A DNA stretch of 63,105 bases, counting the filler, from Sphacelaria rigidula (lineage: Eukaryota): the NCBI GenBank assembly GCA_964200075.2. It is 10 parts of 10 records of this genome, joined end to end, with 100 filler letters (N's around TTAATTAATTAA, not from the genome) between each part and the next. Parts side by side here need not be neighbours in the genome. Positions count along the whole stretch, not along the records: positions 56,886 to 63,105 come from CAXNAA020021427.1; 9 more parts are not named here. One strand, written 5' to 3'. Shown here piece after piece: positions 61,357 through 63,105 of the stretch (the first letter of the stretch is position 1; each line of letters begins with the position of its first letter). A program made the translations under genes and the position numbers. The notes below the pieces were generated by a model. The model was given only the letters and a program-made list of their open reading frames with translations, searched no databases and was not told where the DNA came from.

Positions 61357-61838
61357 CACACAAAAAAGGGACACGTCAATACCGATCCTTCATGGGAAGC
61401 GGTATGCGTGTACGGAGCGGGTGGGCAAGAACGCAGTTATTCCAGACGGGGAGGTCAGGTATATGCAGCGCGCGCTCCTAAAACTCTCAACCGAAAGGCA
61501 GAAAAATCAAGAAAATACTGATAACATATATCACACAAAGAAAAATGACACGCCATGACCGGTCCCGAAAAGGGAGGTGGCACTCGCGTGTAGAGCGGCT
61601 GAACAAAAGCGCAAATATTCCAGACGGAGAAGTCAGGTATATGCAGCGCTCGCTCCTAACTCTCAACCGAAAAGGCAGAAAAAAATGAAGAAAAATACCG
61701 ACAGCATGTAACACACAAAGAAGAAAAAGGACACGTCATGACCGGTCCCGAAAAGGGAGGCAGTATCGCGTGCAGAGCGACTGAACTAAAGCGCAAATAC
61801 TCCAGACGTGCGCGTCAGGTATGGCTAGCGCTCGTTCC
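61357..61838. repeat. About 180-bp tandem repeat, about 2.7 copies
   Basis: GACACG(T/C)CA...TCCAGACG...GTCAGGTAT...GCGC(G/T)CG blocks near 61370, 61547 and 61730. Confidence 0.9.
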
Positions 61839-62059
61839 GGAAACTCGTCCTTCGAAAAAAAAAATCAACGCTAGAGACCATGTAATAACAAAGCAATACA
61901 ACATGAGCGTACAACGAAAAACAATTCAAGAGCGAATCACCCGTGGCAACTGTTCCGGTGGACGGAATGGTTGTGAATGTACGGCGTGGAGGACGGAGGT
62001 TCAAGGTTCCAGACACAGGGTCAGGAATGGAACGGTCGTCACTTGTACTTCGCCCGATG

Positions 62060-62153
62060 AACCCAGAAATACCGAAGAAAAGTACCCAGAAATACCCAAG
62101 AAAGTACCCAGAAATACCCAAGAAAGTACCCAGAAATACCCAAGAAAATACCC
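62060..62153. repeat. 22-bp tandem repeat, about 4 copies
   Basis: AAGTACCCAGAAATACCCAAGA unit. Confidence 0.95.
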
Positions 62154-62506
62154 ATTGGACACGAAAGATCGAACACAAAGGGCGAGGCGAAAAAGAAAAG
62201 AAGACAAGAACAAAAGCAAAAAACAATCGAAGTAAAAAAAAACACAGGGTCCAAAGCAACAAAAAAAACAAGACGCAACACGAAAGCAAAGAATAGAGAA
62301 TACAAAAACGAAAGACCAAATACCAAACACGACACACCGGCATACATCAACCGCTACAAGTGCAGGGCTAATCAGTACGAAAAAAAAATGAAGTGGGGGA
62401 AAAGGGGGGGAACACATGGTTGTCCAACGACTCTACAATGCGAGACAAGCGACTCGAACGCGGTACACCACGCAAGGTGAATGGGGAAGCAGACTCGGAT
62501 GCGGCA

Positions 62507-63103
62507 TCATGAGTCATCTGCATCCCAAGCGGTGTCCGTGTTCCGTAGAACGGCTGTTTCGAGTTCGCCTTGGTCGTGTCGTTGGAGGCACCAGGATCCC
62601 CTCCGAGCGGTCGGCTCCTCGGTGTAGTACGCATCATCCAAGCGAATCTTAAGGGGGCTCGGGTCATCAAGGAAACGGATGAAGTAGGAGTGGTCAGATG
62701 CAGGGTCGACCAAATGAATTTTTCCTAACCACCACAGTGAATCCAAAGCCTTATACCAAAAATACGCCCCTTTTGGCAATCGTTTCCCGTGGAAAGACTG
62801 AATGTATTGTGAACGCGAGAGGAGGCTATATCCTGTCACAACAAACCGCGCTGAGTGTTCACGTGCCAGTTCTCGAGCGGCAGCTCCCTTGCGCATCGAC
62901 CGATATCTCTTATTCAGCGGGCGGTGTTGGGCGGTATCCCCCACCCAGTACAGCAATATTTCCCGACGAAAATGACGCAAATCAACCTCACGCTCCCACG
63001 TAACACGCATGATACCCTTCCAATGTGTTTGATACATTACCGCTATCTTACCTCCACGACCACGAACCAGTTGATGACCCGAAATCCTTTCTACCTCAAC
63101 GCG
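62507..63103 (-). mobile_element. Ty3/gypsy Pol C-terminus: chromodomain-like plus Trp-rich Tudor-like extension (intact frame, 5' cut by the window end)
   Basis: RVEVERISGHQLVRGRGGKIAVMYQTHWKGIMRVTWEREVDL...GAYFWYKALDSLWWLGKI...YFIRFLDDP...RGSWCLQ, matching the post-integrase tail I recall from brown algal gypsy elements. Confidence 0.85.
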
Positions 63104-63105
63104 TT

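Noticed and set aside
61738..62417. Overlapping ORFs with hydrophobic or Lys-rich repeats (possible env-like gene)
   Set aside because: Explained by the 22-bp repeat and A-rich composition; open in several frames at once.

Overview
This is not one continuous locus. It is ten unrelated short contigs (five of 6221 bp, then five of 6220 bp, so length-sorted) joined by an artificial 100-nt linker, N44-TTAATTAATTAA-N44. The DNA is eukaryotic, intron-rich and repeat-rich. It is most likely a brown alga (Phaeophyceae), inferred from the long introns and from LINE and Ty3/gypsy peptides I recognise from Ectocarpus-type genomes. Two partial host genes can be reconstructed from phase-consistent GT-AG exons. 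The first is a USP40-like deubiquitinase with a USP5-type UBA domain inserted just after the Cys box (20528-24884). The second is an uncharacterised 2OG-Fe(II) dioxygenase-like protein (26210-31118). Most of the rest is mobile DNA: Ty3/gypsy pieces, relics of pogo, hAT, copia and possibly DIRS elements, LINE 3' fragments, two tRNA-derived SINE families, several palindromic MITE/foldback elements and palindrome-based tandem arrays. The best leads are: a gypsy Pol C-terminus carrying an atypical chromodomain followed by a Tudor-like module, arranged pol-end then gag; the UBA-interrupted USP; a GU-rich structured RNA repeat (18438-18568); a miRNA-like hairpin (18739-18863); and a 43-bp palindromic satellite. 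No CRISPR array, rRNA or intact tRNA gene was found, and no cross-contig system can be inferred.
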